Below the pieces are notes generated by a model. That model searched no databases. It had not been told where the DNA came from and was given only the letters and a program-made list of their open reading frames with translations. From Craspedostauros australis (Eukaryota), in NCBI GenBank assembly GCA_030167865.1, contig JALAGF010006552.1:1-64000 (forward strand): 64,000 nt of DNA, written 5' to 3'. A program made the position numbers and the translations under genes. This document shows positions 1 through 11,158 of the stretch, one piece after another. Position 1 is the first letter of the stretch; the number at the start of each line of letters is the position of its first letter.

Positions 1-168
1 CTGGGGCTTCCGGTAAAACGGACTATCGGACTAACGAACAGCATCATGATTTGGTTAACGGACCATATTAGTCGTGAATGCGAAATTCTTAGTCCTGGTT
101 GGAATGTCGTACTTGGCATTTTTGGTTATATCAATCCGTGATTGAATTGTCTCTAGCCTGCAGTGAAA

Positions 169-343
169 AAAAGATGCCCTAAAATAGGGCACGTTTTGAA
201 AAGATGCCCTATTTAGGGCACGTTTTGAAAAGATGCCCTATTTAAGGCACGTTTTGAAAAGATGCCCTATATAAGGCACGTTTTGAAAAGATGCCCTAAA
301 TAGGGCACGTTTTGAAAAGATGCCCTAAATAGGGCACGTTTTG
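169..343. repeat. Tandem array 1: six 29-30 bp units (AAAAGATGCCCTAWWTARGGCACGTTTTG) with a palindromic core
   Basis: Read directly from the sequence. The core TGCCCTA-N2/3-TAGGGCA is a dyad, and units abut with no unique spacers. Confidence 0.97.
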
Positions 344-560
344 TTTCACAACAGCCCAGCCACGATGGGCACATTCCACAAAACCATCAACGGGGAACGA
401 TGTGGACGTCACCGAATGACGAATCAGAACACTAATACTTATCGTCATCTTGGCGTGACATGACTTTGATAATCCTCTGTCGTCGCGTTGTTGCGCGGGA
501 TTTGCTCTTGCTCTTTCTGTCGTCCAATCGGCTGCGAACAGCGACGTGTGGATGAGGGAG

Positions 561-735
561 AAAAGGTGCCCTATTTAGGGCACGTTTTGAAAACATGCCC
601 TATTTAAGGCACGTTTTGAAAAGGTGCCCTATATAAGGCACGTTTTCAAAAGATGCCCTATATAAGGCACGTTTTGAAAAGGTGCCCTAATTTAGGGCAT
701 GGTTTGAGAACGTGCCCTATTTTAGGGCATCTTTT
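561..735. repeat. Tandem array 2: six units of the same palindromic repeat
   Basis: Same unit as array 1. The last unit (709-735) is the exact 27-nt reverse complement of the first unit of array 1 (169-195). Confidence 0.97.
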
Positions 736-800
736 GACATCGCACAGATACGAGTCGCGAGTGGCGACGACAATGTCTGAAGGACATGGCAACCAAGACT

Positions 801-1141
801 NNNNNNNNNNNNNNNNNNNNNNNNNNNNNNNNNNNNNNNNNNNNNNNNNNGCTCTTTCTGTCGTCCAATCGGCTGCGAACAGCGACGTGTGGATGAGGGA
901 GAAAAGGTGCCCTATTTAGGGCACGTTTTGAAAACATGCCCTATTTAAGGCACGTTTTGAAAAGGTGCCCTATATAAGGCACGTTTTCAAAAGATGCCCT
1001 ATATAAGGCACGTTTTGAAAAGGTGCCCTAATTTAGGGCATGGTTTGAGAACGTGCCCTATTTTAGGGCATCTTTTGACATCGNACAGATACGAGTCGCG
1101 AGTGGCGACGACAATGTCTGAAGGACATGGCAACCAAGACT
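801..1141. other. 50-N scaffold gap followed by a copy (851-1141) of 510-800; probable assembly artefact
   Basis: The two segments are identical at an offset of 341 nt apart from one N, and they directly flank the gap. Confidence 0.85.
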
Positions 1142-2664
1142 AATAAAATCTCGTTCACGACTAACATTGTTCGTCAGTCCGTTAAAATTCACTCGGACCA
1201 CCATATCCGGCAGTTTACCGGAAGCCCCTGTCGACACGATCGCCAACATACGCGAAGGCTCAGGCAGCGACGGCTCGGATGTGCGATAAAAACACCCAGT
1301 ACGAAATCCACGGGCGATGGCGATGGTTCTCGCCAAAACGAGCATGCCCGCTTGCACAACACAACTCCGCGACGTGCCGGACGAGAACAACGAAAACATG
1401 GCCCAAATTGGGTGGAAATGTTGGGTGGACCCTCAACACGAAGTCTTGCTGCAACCCGTTTTTGTTGAACCGGCATTGACGGAAGATTGACNGTTCTCGT
1501 CAAAAAGTCGGACCGACGGAGCATTGCTACAACACGGCGCACTGCGAGAGCCTCGGAAGGACGGACCAACTGGCCAAAAAATGTCTCCCCCCGCGACTCG
1601 TTGGTTTGTGACTGAATGGGCTCCTAAATATCCAATCGCCGATTCTCCCAAAAGCAAGCAAACCAGTGGCAACAAGGGGCCAAAACTCCACAACTAGTGT
1701 TATCGCGAGTGCATCAACTGCGATCTGGAGCTCGTATTGTTGGTGGGATGAGAACAGAAGGAGCACACAGAACAATAACTTCCTGCATCACATTTGATTT
1801 CGCCACACAACCAACGTACTTGTCCACCTTCATTCGATTCGTTGCGCTTTGTGTGCCGACAGAGATTTTGGCGATCGCGTTCGTGTTTCACTATGTCCAT
1901 TCCATTCCCACGCAGTTACTATTCGGGAATCGAAATCGGGACAGGAACAAGTCAAACCTGACCATCGATTTTGCGTAGTCGTGGATCCTTTCCTTCTTTC
2001 GCGCCATAACTTTGTGTGGTGGTTGACTTGTTGTGTGGAGAACGTAGGGAGAAAAAAATGAGTCTATGCCATTCGAAATTGAAGGAATGGCAAAGGAATG
2101 GCAACCGCAATTGCGGCCATTTCGTGGCCTTGCCACATGCCGAAAACGAGCACCTTCGGAAGCAAGGTGGAAAGGTCAGCAAGTACTCCCATGAATCCAT
2201 CCAGCTGGCCAACGCTGGTGAATTTCTCCGCGACGGGGCACTTGGGAATGAACGGGACGCCGCCTTCCATGCGGGGAGAGGCGACTGCATCTATGCCACC
2301 ATACATTGCGTAAGATGACAGTATTCGGTTGTGCGCGGAGTGGGATGCCGGCTCAGTGGTCCAGCACCTTTAGAAAAAGAGACAGTCGGTGAGATGAAGG
2401 CCTCCGTTGCGGCTTCAACGGGACACACACAGGCGCATCACTTCCACCATGTACCATGCATACCAACACATGCAAGCTCGGCGTTGGAACGGGGATGGTG
2501 TCAACGACTGAGAACATTCCGCTGAGCGCGGGAAGCATGGCATCTCATAAAATACTATTCAATTATATCATATTGTATATATTGTAATAGAGAGTGTACT
2601 AATATGCATGTTAAAACCTCACGTTTAGTCCACGACTACCATTCGCAGTCCTCGTCCTCGCGGC

Positions 2665-4344
2665 TCATGACAGTCCACAACACTGCCGCCAGTTTTGGAT
2701 CTGATCTGCGACGGCTTCCACGACGCTGTCAACCGACACGCACACCTTCTGGCTGCGGATCCTCAAGCGGTCCTCATAGGTGGCAGAATGGATCTTGTAG
2801 TCCTCCGTGAGGTTGGTCTTCCCAGCGTAGACGTGGGAATAGTTGTAACCGGCGACGTGGCTGAGCGAACCAAAGTAGAACGGGATGCCGTAACCGAATG
2901 GAAATACTTCAATCAGCGAGGCGCATTTGGGAAGGAAGATGAGCCCTGCCGTCTGCGCCCCATGCGGCGAGATGAGAATGTCGCTCGTGGCGAACAGCTC
3001 AACCTGCTGCGAGAAGGTGGCCCATTCGGTGTACTTGACCGGTGGTGCTTCCGGCAAGTTGAGCCGTTCCTTCAACGCGAATGAAATCTCCGCCGCATCC
3101 ATGAGCCTTCTGCTGCCATCGCGATTGAGGATGGTTATTCTGGGCATGGGTCCTGGCGGAAGCAACGTCGACGTCGATGTCGACGATGGTGATGACGCGA
3201 CCGGCGAGCAGTATGGAAGTGACTTGGTGGTGTCGCTGTTGGTCAGGCCGACGGACTCGTAGGTTTTCTCTCGGAAGGCCGCCGTGTGCATCCCATTTGC
3301 CATTCGGAACGAAGTGACATATTTGTACTCCGCCACGAGCAAGGTGGCAGGGTTGGATGCGTACTCGCGGATGTACTCTTCCGGCGTGGCCTTGATGAAT
3401 TGAATCCCCGCCTTTTCGAGCATGTCGAAGATTCCCTTGTTGAAGGGACTCTGATTGAGCAATCTCGCATACCAGTCCGGTTGCATGACGTAGACATGAT
3501 TCCTGGCGGACGGAAACTGCTGCCACAGCGACCAGCACGAGAGGATGCGCTGCAGGGTGTGGGGGAAATGGATGAAGAGCTCGAAGTTGGTGACCGCGCA
3601 AGCAACGGTATCAATGCCGTCGACTGGATCGGGGCTGGCGTCGGAAGGTGCTCGTGCTCCGGCTGGATCATCCTGATTCCGTTCTTCGCTGGCTTTCCAC
3701 AGCTCTGCCAAGTCGCCGTGCATGGGCCTGAGGAAGATGTTCCAAGGGTAGGTCTTGGGGAATGGAGTTGTGCCGTACAGTCCCGGAGTTGAGGGATCTG
3801 TTCCGTTGCAAACTTTCGGTGCCGCTTTGCTCGCCGCCGGCCCTTGCTGCTGCTGCTCTGGCTTCGCTGCGGGCTTCGGATTGGAGGATTTGGGCGACTT
3901 GTCCTGCGCAACGGCGACATCCAACGAACGTTCCATGGAATTCAGCGACCTCGTGGACGTTCTCAGGTGTTGGATCAGTCCCAGGCACATTAGACACATC
4001 ATCATAAACATGACCTTGCGTGATCTTGAGACCGATGACGGAGTCGCCACGGATGACTGGCGGTTCCTGAGATGAGCGCCGCCGATGTGCCTGGATCTGT
4101 TGCTGCTGAGAACAGCGGTGATAGAACTAGAGATCAACGCAGCCAACGGTGCCATGGCGCTGCTGCCGCTAGTGCCACCGCCATTCCCATTCCCATTGCG
4201 TTGCCTCGCCCTTGCATCGTTCTGCCATCTTCGCTTCATCTCTGAATCTTTCGGTTGCATTCGTTGATACCCACTCTGTTTCAGGAATAATGAAGTCGCC
4301 ATCAGATCATCGTGCTTTTCGCCTCTCTTGAGCTCTTGTTTCAT
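2665..4344 (-). CDS. Glycosyltransferase family 61 (DUF563-like), type II membrane protein; true start may be a downstream Met
   Basis: C-terminal ITILNRDGSRRL...FSQQVELFATSDILISPHGAQTAGLIFLPKCASLIEVFP is the GT61 signature. A single N-proximal hydrophobic segment (VMFMMMCLMCLGLI) is followed by a Pro/Ala/Gln stem. Confidence 0.85.
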   Translation of the reverse strand: MKQELKRGEKHDDLMATSLFLKQSGYQRMQPKDSEMKRRWQNDARARQRNGNGNGGGTSGSSAMAPLAALISSSITAVLSSNRSRHIGGAHLRNRQSSVATPSSVSRSRKVMFMMMCLMCLGLIQHLRTSTRSLNSMERSLDVAVAQDKSPKSSNPKPAAKPEQQQQGPAASKAAPKVCNGTDPSTPGLYGTTPFPKTYPWNIFLRPMHGDLAELWKASEERNQDDPAGARAPSDASPDPVDGIDTVACAVTNFELFIHFPHTLQRILSCWSLWQQFPSARNHVYVMQPDWYARLLNQSPFNKGIFDMLEKAGIQFIKATPEEYIREYASNPATLLVAEYKYVTSFRMANGMHTAAFREKTYESVGLTNSDTTKSLPYCSPVASSPSSTSTSTLLPPGPMPRITILNRDGSRRLMDAAEISFALKERLNLPEAPPVKYTEWATFSQQVELFATSDILISPHGAQTAGLIFLPKCASLIEVFPFGYGIPFYFGSLSHVAGYNYSHVYAGKTNLTEDYKIHSATYEDRLRIRSQKVCVSVDSVVEAVADQIQNWRQCCGLS

Positions 4345-4708
4345 GTGTCGATGAGCTCATTCAAGATGAACTCAACGGCTCCTTTTTGGCGCGACTCGCT
4401 AACCGGGCTCAATACTCGACTCATGCGACTCAAAACATCAACAACATACCATACTAGCTCTGTGTCTGTGCTATCCCAGTGGATGAAGAGTGCTGTCATG
4501 TTACATGCTTGTCCATAAAAGTCATACGAATGCAACACTAACAGTTGGGACCTATGATAGAGGATAAATTGGCGACGAAACACCATCGCTGTGACGTTAC
4601 TGTAATGTGTTCCCATGCTCGGAGAGTGGAGTAGAGGGGGGTATTACTACTCTCCAGAGGGACAGAGCAAGCATTCGCATGCATCGGATTTGTCGATGAA
4701 GAATCTGA

Positions 4709-7069
4709 CTACAAGCTGCCATCGCGCTCGCGATTCTCGGTCACTGGTTCTGTCACGTCTGTCATGGGCGCCCCATGATCATGCAGATCGTTGTATCCGT
4801 GCTGACCGACGGTTGGGCCATGCGCAATGTTGACCGTTGGTGGGAGTACCGCAGGTTGCCCCACAGCATATCCAGTCGCAGCAGCCGCAGGACTGATCAC
4901 GACAGGAGGTTGGGCAGGGGACGGAATCCAATGGGAAGGTGCCGGGTAGTAGTGCCCGTAGAGAGGCATCATCATGGCTGGGGGCGGAGCTTGTGCCAGC
5001 ATGGGGCCTGTGGCCATCGGTATTGCTCCTGGGTCTGCTGTTGCCGTCACCGGGGTTGCCAACTGGGTTGCTGCGTGCAGTTGTCCTGGGATTGGAAGCG
5101 GAACAGGCATCGGGACCTGCGCGAATGGAGGCATCTGCAGGCCGTCCGCATGCGGCAAAGCGTAGCCTTCATATGCTGGCAAGCCCACGGTCGGGGATGG
5201 ATACGCATGACCGACCGGTAACACGGGAGCCACATGGCCCACATGACCCACGACGTGTTCTGTACCGAACCCCATAACTTCGTCCAACTGCGGACGGTGG
5301 ATGGGAGGGTATTCGTAGATATCCACACCGTTGGGCACTCCTGGCACGTGTCCGTGAGCAAATGCAGGGGGAGGGAGCATTCCTGCGTTGCCTCCACCGA
5401 TGCTCATTCGCGATACCTGGTCCACCAATGGGTGCACAGATCCTTTGGCTCGACCGCGTGCCTGGCTGGTGTTCTGCTTGCTCCCAACGTGGCTTGGCGA
5501 AACGGCGCTGCCGGATCCTTGCTTTGGCTGCGCGGCCTTGATCTCGCACACCTTGCCGCGCATGCGAAGACGCCCAATCTTGACATTGGAGTCATTTTTT
5601 GCATCTTTGGAGGCAGATGCCTTTGCGGCGCTTGGACCTGACGCGGCGCTAGTTCCATTCGTGTTCTGGGGCGCCTCGTCTTTGGGACTGGCGCCATCTC
5701 TGGCGTTCTCGTTTCCAACCCCACCATTCATGCCATCGCCGTCACCGTCACCTTTGGTGTCGTCGTCATTGAGTTGCATATCAAGCAACATCTTGGATAC
5801 GTTCTATCATTTGTTTGTTTGTTGAGGGTTTTGAGGCCAAAAGAATCAATCAAATAGGCGCGATGTGCCAAAGTGGAAGTATGGTGTGCATTCATGCGAG
5901 TCGGATGGAAAGTATAACAGTCCCCAACGGTGAGAAAGTGCGTCTCAATTCTCAATTCCAAAAGCGCTGATGGTGGAGTGGGATGTATGGGGATTGGACA
6001 AACGAACAAAGACTGTGTAAAAGCGCATGGAGGACCTGGGGGCCCTCGCAAGTGATGTGCTGCGCAAGTTGGCAGCAGCTTGGTCGCAACGAACGAAGAC
6101 TGCTGATTGAAACAGCGGCGCACGTGGAGTGCATTCGTTGGCATGCAATTAGAGATTCCATGACACCCTGCAATTCATGCTGTGCATGCTGTTTCGGTTC
6201 ACTCTACGTTTCTGGGGTGGCGCACAACACTAGTTGTACTGGAGCGCACTGGGCATATTCACGGACATGAGACGATCTCAAAGCACAGCGTATCGGAATA
6301 ATCGCACTTACCGGGTCCACGTAGGTGACAAAGCCGAATCCGCGGGATCGATGAGTGTCACGGTCGAACATGACGACGGCATCCATCAGCGTGCCGAACT
6401 GGGCAAAGAAGACCCGGAATTCTTCCGCCGTCACTGGGGAATGCACAAATACAAGAAGTTGATGGCGGCAATCGATCGTGGGGGTGGGGGTGAGATGAAG
6501 TTGGACCAATTGTTGGCAATCAGGCAGAGAAGGGGCAGACAGCAGAGCTGACATGTATCATACACTGCTCTGCTTTCCAGGCAAGAGCCAAGTCGCAAAA
6601 ACTCACCATCCTGTGGCAATCCACCCACGAAGAGCTTGCGCTCATCCTTCTTGGTTGGAGGGATCTTGCTTTGAACGGACTTGTTGCGATGGTGATGATT
6701 CTTGCCGGTTTTGTTTCCGCTGCTACTACCGCTGGCACTGGCGCTTCCACTGGCACTGATGTTTCCGTCGTTGGCACCATCGCTGTTCGCCGCGTTTGAC
6801 TTGGAGGGAGAAGTGGCAATGACGACGGCTGTGTTGCTTGGTTGGTGCTGTTGGTGTGCGTCTTGCATGCGCTTTGTTGCAGTTCCACTTGCACTTGCGC
6901 TTGCACTCGTGGTCTTGGCCTTTGTCTGAGTTTGAGACTTGGTACGAGATTGCACTCTTGCGTTGAGGTTCCCAGTTCCCTGTTGGGGATTGGAGTTGTC
7001 GTTCGTCGGCGGAGCGCTCAACGATGGACTTTGCAGGAGTTCATGAGCAGATCTCTTGTCCGTCTCCAT
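4709..7069 (-). CDS. Single-RRM RNA-binding protein (Musashi/hnRNP A-D-like) with Pro/Ala-rich tail; 3 exons
   Basis: Exons are 7069-6607, 6433-6312 and 5803-4709, with phase-consistent GT-AG introns. RNP2 is KLFVGGLP, RNP1 is RSRGFGFVTY, and the final strand is MRGKVCEIKAAQPK. The start Met is inferred. Confidence 0.85.
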
Positions 7070-8122
7070 CGGTCTCTGCACCTGCTCGTATGCTACTTGA
7101 TGCCTGGTGGATGTTGTCAGGGATGGACTCGCCCAAACGTTGGGAGGTTGAAGTGCAGCGTTCAGGGGCGTGCTGCAACTGGAATAGAATATTGTAGTAG
7201 AGCACCTGTGGGATACTCTATCGCACTCTATCGTACTCTCTAGTGCTCTCTCCAGAGTGTGGTACACTTCTCCGCTCTTTTCCGAGCAGCTCGTATGCTA
7301 TGCACGTGGAGAGAGGGTATGGTATGATACGAGGATGTATGTCAACCGAAGAGGGATAGCTCGCACTGGTGGCAAATGATGGAGGACTAACGGAGTGCTC
7401 GCACTCTCAGAGTCGATGGTTTGGAACGTTGAATCGATTGATGGACGATCAATGATCGACGATGATCTCTAACCAATGGCACAGGCACACAACGAAGCGC
7501 GCTTGAACGGGTGGATGAAGATCACCTTGGATGCAAGGGGATGTGGAGGTGGATCTTCGACGAAGGTGGGGGCTTGCTAACTCCGCTTGCTTGTTTCGTT
7601 CAAATGATCTTTTGGCGCAAATCTGAGGCAGAGCAACCAGATATCCCAAAACACAGTAGACCAAAGCGAAATAACACGGAAAGAGGGCGCGCGGTGTGCG
7701 ATGTCTGGTTTGGGAGAAAATCGAGGGCATCAGACACGTGCAGACACGCACAAATACGCGTTGGATGTCACCTCCTTTGGGTTGTTTTTGCGAAGAGGGG
7801 TCTGTGTTGGTCGGTGTTGGTCGCTGTCGGTCAGCACTGGTCTGTGCTGCGTTGTCGTCGTGTCGTCGTCGTTTTGTCGTGTTGTTGTCCACGTTGTTCC
7901 GCGTGCACGCTGTTTTCTCGTTGTTGCATGTCTGTTGTTGGAATGGCCCCCACGATGCACCGTGTTGTATCATCTTCGTAGATTTCACTACTGATGTCCC
8001 CGTGGACGATTGAGAACCCCATTGTCGGTGCTGAGTGGTCGAGCGAATCGTTCCCAGTTCCTCGCACACGAAACACCAAACCATCATGAATTGTTCGACA
8101 GAAATCGATTTTCGTTCACATT

Positions 8123-8168
8123 CTGACGTCAGCATTCTATGTGGGACTGAAACAATAGCCACGTGTCA
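8123..8168. promoter_or_regulatory. Candidate bZIP/bHLH sites: CRE-like palindrome CTGACGTCAG (8123-8132) and G-box GCCACGTGTCA (8158-8168)
   Basis: Both motifs are visible in the divergent RRM / FHA-WDR70 intergenic region. Function is inferred only. Confidence 0.3.
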
Positions 8169-8503
8169 AATGTCATGTTGGCCCGTTGAATCGGACATGT
8201 CGATGGATCGAAGGGATCGAGCAACCAAACCACCAATCATTTTCTGGCGCGAAAACGAAGAGACAAAGCAACCCACACATCAACCGGAAAGAACAGAGTA
8301 ACCAGTCCACACCGACATGGACGCATGGAATAGGTACAGCGGTAGAGTACCCTGTGCCATACCCGTGCGCAAGGAGATGTCCGAATGGCTCCACTGCAAG
8401 TACTATAGCGACTTGCAACACTCTCCTCCACTGTGCTCCACCGTACTCTGCCATCCCAATAGAACTCTCTCTTGGAGTGCCCCTTCCCACTGCAAAACCA
8501 ACA

Positions 8504-11158
8504 ATGACGGGAGCAGAACAGCCAGCTTCCCCAACGTCTGAGGAACTTCGCGAGGAGCTTGGCGTTCCCAAGCGGGCGACTCTCACCCTCACTTCTGATT
8601 CCGCATCGGATTCCGCATCGGATTCCGCTGCCAAGTTGGCATCCAGCGTCGTCACGCTCAGCGTGGATCGCTCCAGCTGTTCGCACGATGACAAGCGCCC
8701 GTTCCTCATCGTGGGACGGCAGATGGCGGTGGCTGACATCCGCGTCGATCACAAGTCCATCTCTCGCAAGCATGCGGTGCTTTACTACGTCCCCAGCAAC
8801 AAAGCGAGCGATGCCAATGCACGGACGCACGTGCTGCAGATCATGGACTGCAAGACCAAGAAGGGGACCAAAGTCAACGGAAGGAAGATCCCGCACAGAA
8901 CACCCGTGGCGCTCCAGCACGGCGATGCTGTGCAGTTCGGTGTTGCGCAGCCGGTGTTCAAAGTTACGATGCCATCGAACGGCCAGGCTGGTGGAGATTC
9001 AAAAGATGAAGGGAAGGGGGAGGAGCAAGCAGGCGGTGATGATGTCAGCTCTGCCAACCACGCGACCGATTCTGAGCAAAAAGACTCCGCGGTACAAAAG
9101 GCTGCCGTGGTGGAGGGCGACAATGCGTCAGCGGCGGCAATGGAACATGCAGGCGCAGGATTGACCGGGCGTGCCAAACGCCAGGCGGAGATCGAGGCCA
9201 TGATGAAGAGTCTGGAGGCGGATCCCACGGTCACTGTTGCGCCCGACATGTCTTCATCGGCGGCCTCTGGCCAAGCCGAGCCCTCCATGATGGAGCGCAT
9301 TCAGCAGCAGCAGCAGCAACGGCAGAAGACGGAGAACGGGCAATCCAACGGCACGGCCGACACTGGCTTCGAATTTTCCGACAAGCAGACTGCGCGCATC
9401 GACAAATACCGGCTGCCATTTCAGGATTACTTCCAGATGGATTGCTCCCAGATGATCGATTCCTCCTACACTTCCGTCTCCTCCATCCACGTCACTTGCA
9501 CGGCGATGGACCCAAGCGGCGCTCGGTTCGCGGTGGGCGGGTCCGACGGATGCATCCGGCTCTTCGACTTTGCAGGATTGTCGGAGGCCTTGCCACGTCC
9601 CTTCGCCACCATTCGGGTCGAGGAGGAAGGCAACCATCGTGTCTTGGACATGGCGTACTCCAGCAACGGCGACAAGCTGCTGGTCACGACAGGGAGTCTG
9701 CAGCCCAAACTCTTGGATCGCGATGGCAACGAGATGTACAAATTCATGCGCGGGGACATGTACGTGTCGGATCCGACCAAGACGGTTGGTCACACGGGGC
9801 CTGTCACGGCCGTCACCTGGCACCCGATCGAGCACCATCTCGCCGTCACGGCCAGCATGGACGGATCCATCCGATTTTGGGATGTCGAGAAGGGCAAGCT
9901 GCAATTCCACATGCTCACCTGCAAGAAGGTCGTCATGATCAAGAACGAGAAGGGCCGAAAGACGGCCGTCACGGCATTGGCGACGATCCCCACTGGAAGT
10001 GGCGGCACGTACGCCACAATCGTCGTTGGCACCGTCTGCGGGTCGATTCAGATATGGAACCTCAAGCAATCCCCCAATCGCCCGCAACGCGCCGTCTACG
10101 GCATCAAAGCCCCCGATCAGCAGGCGATACCAGTCACCTCGTTGCGTTTGCATGTGTCCTCCCGAGATGGCACATTTTTGATCGCCAGTCAAGCCAAGAC
10201 GGAAGGAGGCAAAGATGAGTCCGCGAGTTTCGTGCAGGTCTGGGACGGCAAGAAGCTCAAATCGTCCTCCCAGCCCATGACGCAGTGCGATTTGATGCCC
10301 ACCAAAAAGCACGCTGACGGTGCGGCGAGCAGCAAACTCAACACCAAATTCCCCACCGAAATTCATCGCACCATGGCATTCTCCAAGAACGGCTCCAACG
10401 TCTGCATCGGTTGCAACCTTCCCGACGGCTCCACCTGTGTCAAGATGTTCATCACAGATGGTAGCAAGCCCCCCACCAAGCTGCAGCTCAAGATGAAGTT
10501 GCCCACGGCGGCGCCAAGCAGTGGCGGAAACGGCATCGTGTCCATGCAATGGCAGGCCAAGCTGAATCAATTGCTGGTGGCCACTACGACGCATGTCTAC
10601 ATCTTGTATCATGGCCAATACTCCAAGAAGGGGGTTCTGTTGCGGGCGATCACCCTCCTGGGGGATGGCAAGCGCAAGCGGATGACGACCAACAAGAAGA
10701 AACGCGGCGAGGACGATCTGCAGCAGCTGTACGAATCCAGAGCCCCTGCGCCAGGATCGTCAGCTGCCATTCGCGAGCAGGATATTGTCACGCCCAACGC
10801 GTTGCCTATGTTCCAGGACAACGACGCCTACAACCATTCCAAACGTCGCAAGCTGAAGAAGGAGCAGGCCGACACGGATCATCTTAGAAATCTACCGCAG
10901 GCACCGGCCAAGGGAATGAAGGCCACCGGTGCGTCAGGTGCCACCACATCGACATTCCAGCAGTACGTGTACGAGTCCACCGTCGCCAAGTCCGGCAAGC
11001 AACGCGCCATGGCCGGGCAGGATCCACGTGAGGCCTTGTTCAAGTACAAGGAGGGGAAGACCTACATCGGCCAGGCGTACGAAGGCAACAAGGAGGTCAT
11101 CCTGGCCGACAAGACGCTGGAGGCAGACGAAGACACAGACAAGAATCCAAAGAAGTAA
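8504..11158 (+). CDS. WDR70: WDR70/GAD-1-like WD40 protein with an N-terminal FHA domain
   Basis: FHA: FLIVGR...DHKSISRKHAVL...IMDCKTKKGTKVNG. WDR70 hallmarks: DPSGARFAVGGSD...LFDFAG, RGDMYVSDPTKTVGHTGPV, IVTPNALPMF and DPREALFKY. One continuous ORF, likely starting at MTGAEQ (8504). Confidence 0.85.
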   Translation: MTGAEQPASPTSEELREELGVPKRATLTLTSDSASDSASDSAAKLASSVVTLSVDRSSCSHDDKRPFLIVGRQMAVADIRVDHKSISRKHAVLYYVPSNKASDANARTHVLQIMDCKTKKGTKVNGRKIPHRTPVALQHGDAVQFGVAQPVFKVTMPSNGQAGGDSKDEGKGEEQAGGDDVSSANHATDSEQKDSAVQKAAVVEGDNASAAAMEHAGAGLTGRAKRQAEIEAMMKSLEADPTVTVAPDMSSSAASGQAEPSMMERIQQQQQQRQKTENGQSNGTADTGFEFSDKQTARIDKYRLPFQDYFQMDCSQMIDSSYTSVSSIHVTCTAMDPSGARFAVGGSDGCIRLFDFAGLSEALPRPFATIRVEEEGNHRVLDMAYSSNGDKLLVTTGSLQPKLLDRDGNEMYKFMRGDMYVSDPTKTVGHTGPVTAVTWHPIEHHLAVTASMDGSIRFWDVEKGKLQFHMLTCKKVVMIKNEKGRKTAVTALATIPTGSGGTYATIVVGTVCGSIQIWNLKQSPNRPQRAVYGIKAPDQQAIPVTSLRLHVSSRDGTFLIASQAKTEGGKDESASFVQVWDGKKLKSSSQPMTQCDLMPTKKHADGAASSKLNTKFPTEIHRTMAFSKNGSNVCIGCNLPDGSTCVKMFITDGSKPPTKLQLKMKLPTAAPSSGGNGIVSMQWQAKLNQLLVATTTHVYILYHGQYSKKGVLLRAITLLGDGKRKRMTTNKKKRGEDDLQQLYESRAPAPGSSAAIREQDIVTPNALPMFQDNDAYNHSKRRKLKKEQADTDHLRNLPQAPAKGMKATGASGATTSTFQQYVYESTVAKSGKQRAMAGQDPREALFKYKEGKTYIGQAYEGNKEVILADKTLEADEDTDKNPKK

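Larger units (their letters stand above)
1..1230. mobile_element. Non-autonomous TIR DNA transposon (MITE-like, possibly hAT), about 889 bp once the gap-flanking duplication is collapsed
   Basis: The left end CTGGGGCTTCCGGTAAA (1-17) matches the reverse complement of the right end TTTACCGGAAGCCCCTG (1214-1230) at 16/17 positions. Imperfect inverted similarity continues inward (55-108 vs 1124-1185). Subterminal repeat arrays lie 168 and 154 nt from the two ends. There is no transposase ORF. The TSD cannot be checked because the left flank is outside the window. Confidence 0.75.

Noticed and set aside
169..1076. CRISPR array (29-bp palindromic repeats)
   Set aside because: The units abut with no unique spacers, there are no cas genes, and the context is eukaryotic.
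510..1141. Genuine 291-bp direct repeat or LTR pair
   Set aside because: The identical copies directly flank a round-number 50-N gap, which is typical of unmerged contig overlap.
1231..2600. Transposase or retroelement remnant next to the TIR element
   Set aside because: None of the short ORFs shows a DDE, RT, gag or zinc-finger motif that I can recognise.
9254..10618. Long antisense ORFs (also 11804-12769, 26871-28181, 49789-50805, 57676-58680, 60868-61962, 62656-63660)
   Set aside because: They are shadows of GC3-rich real genes on the opposite strand and have no protein motifs.
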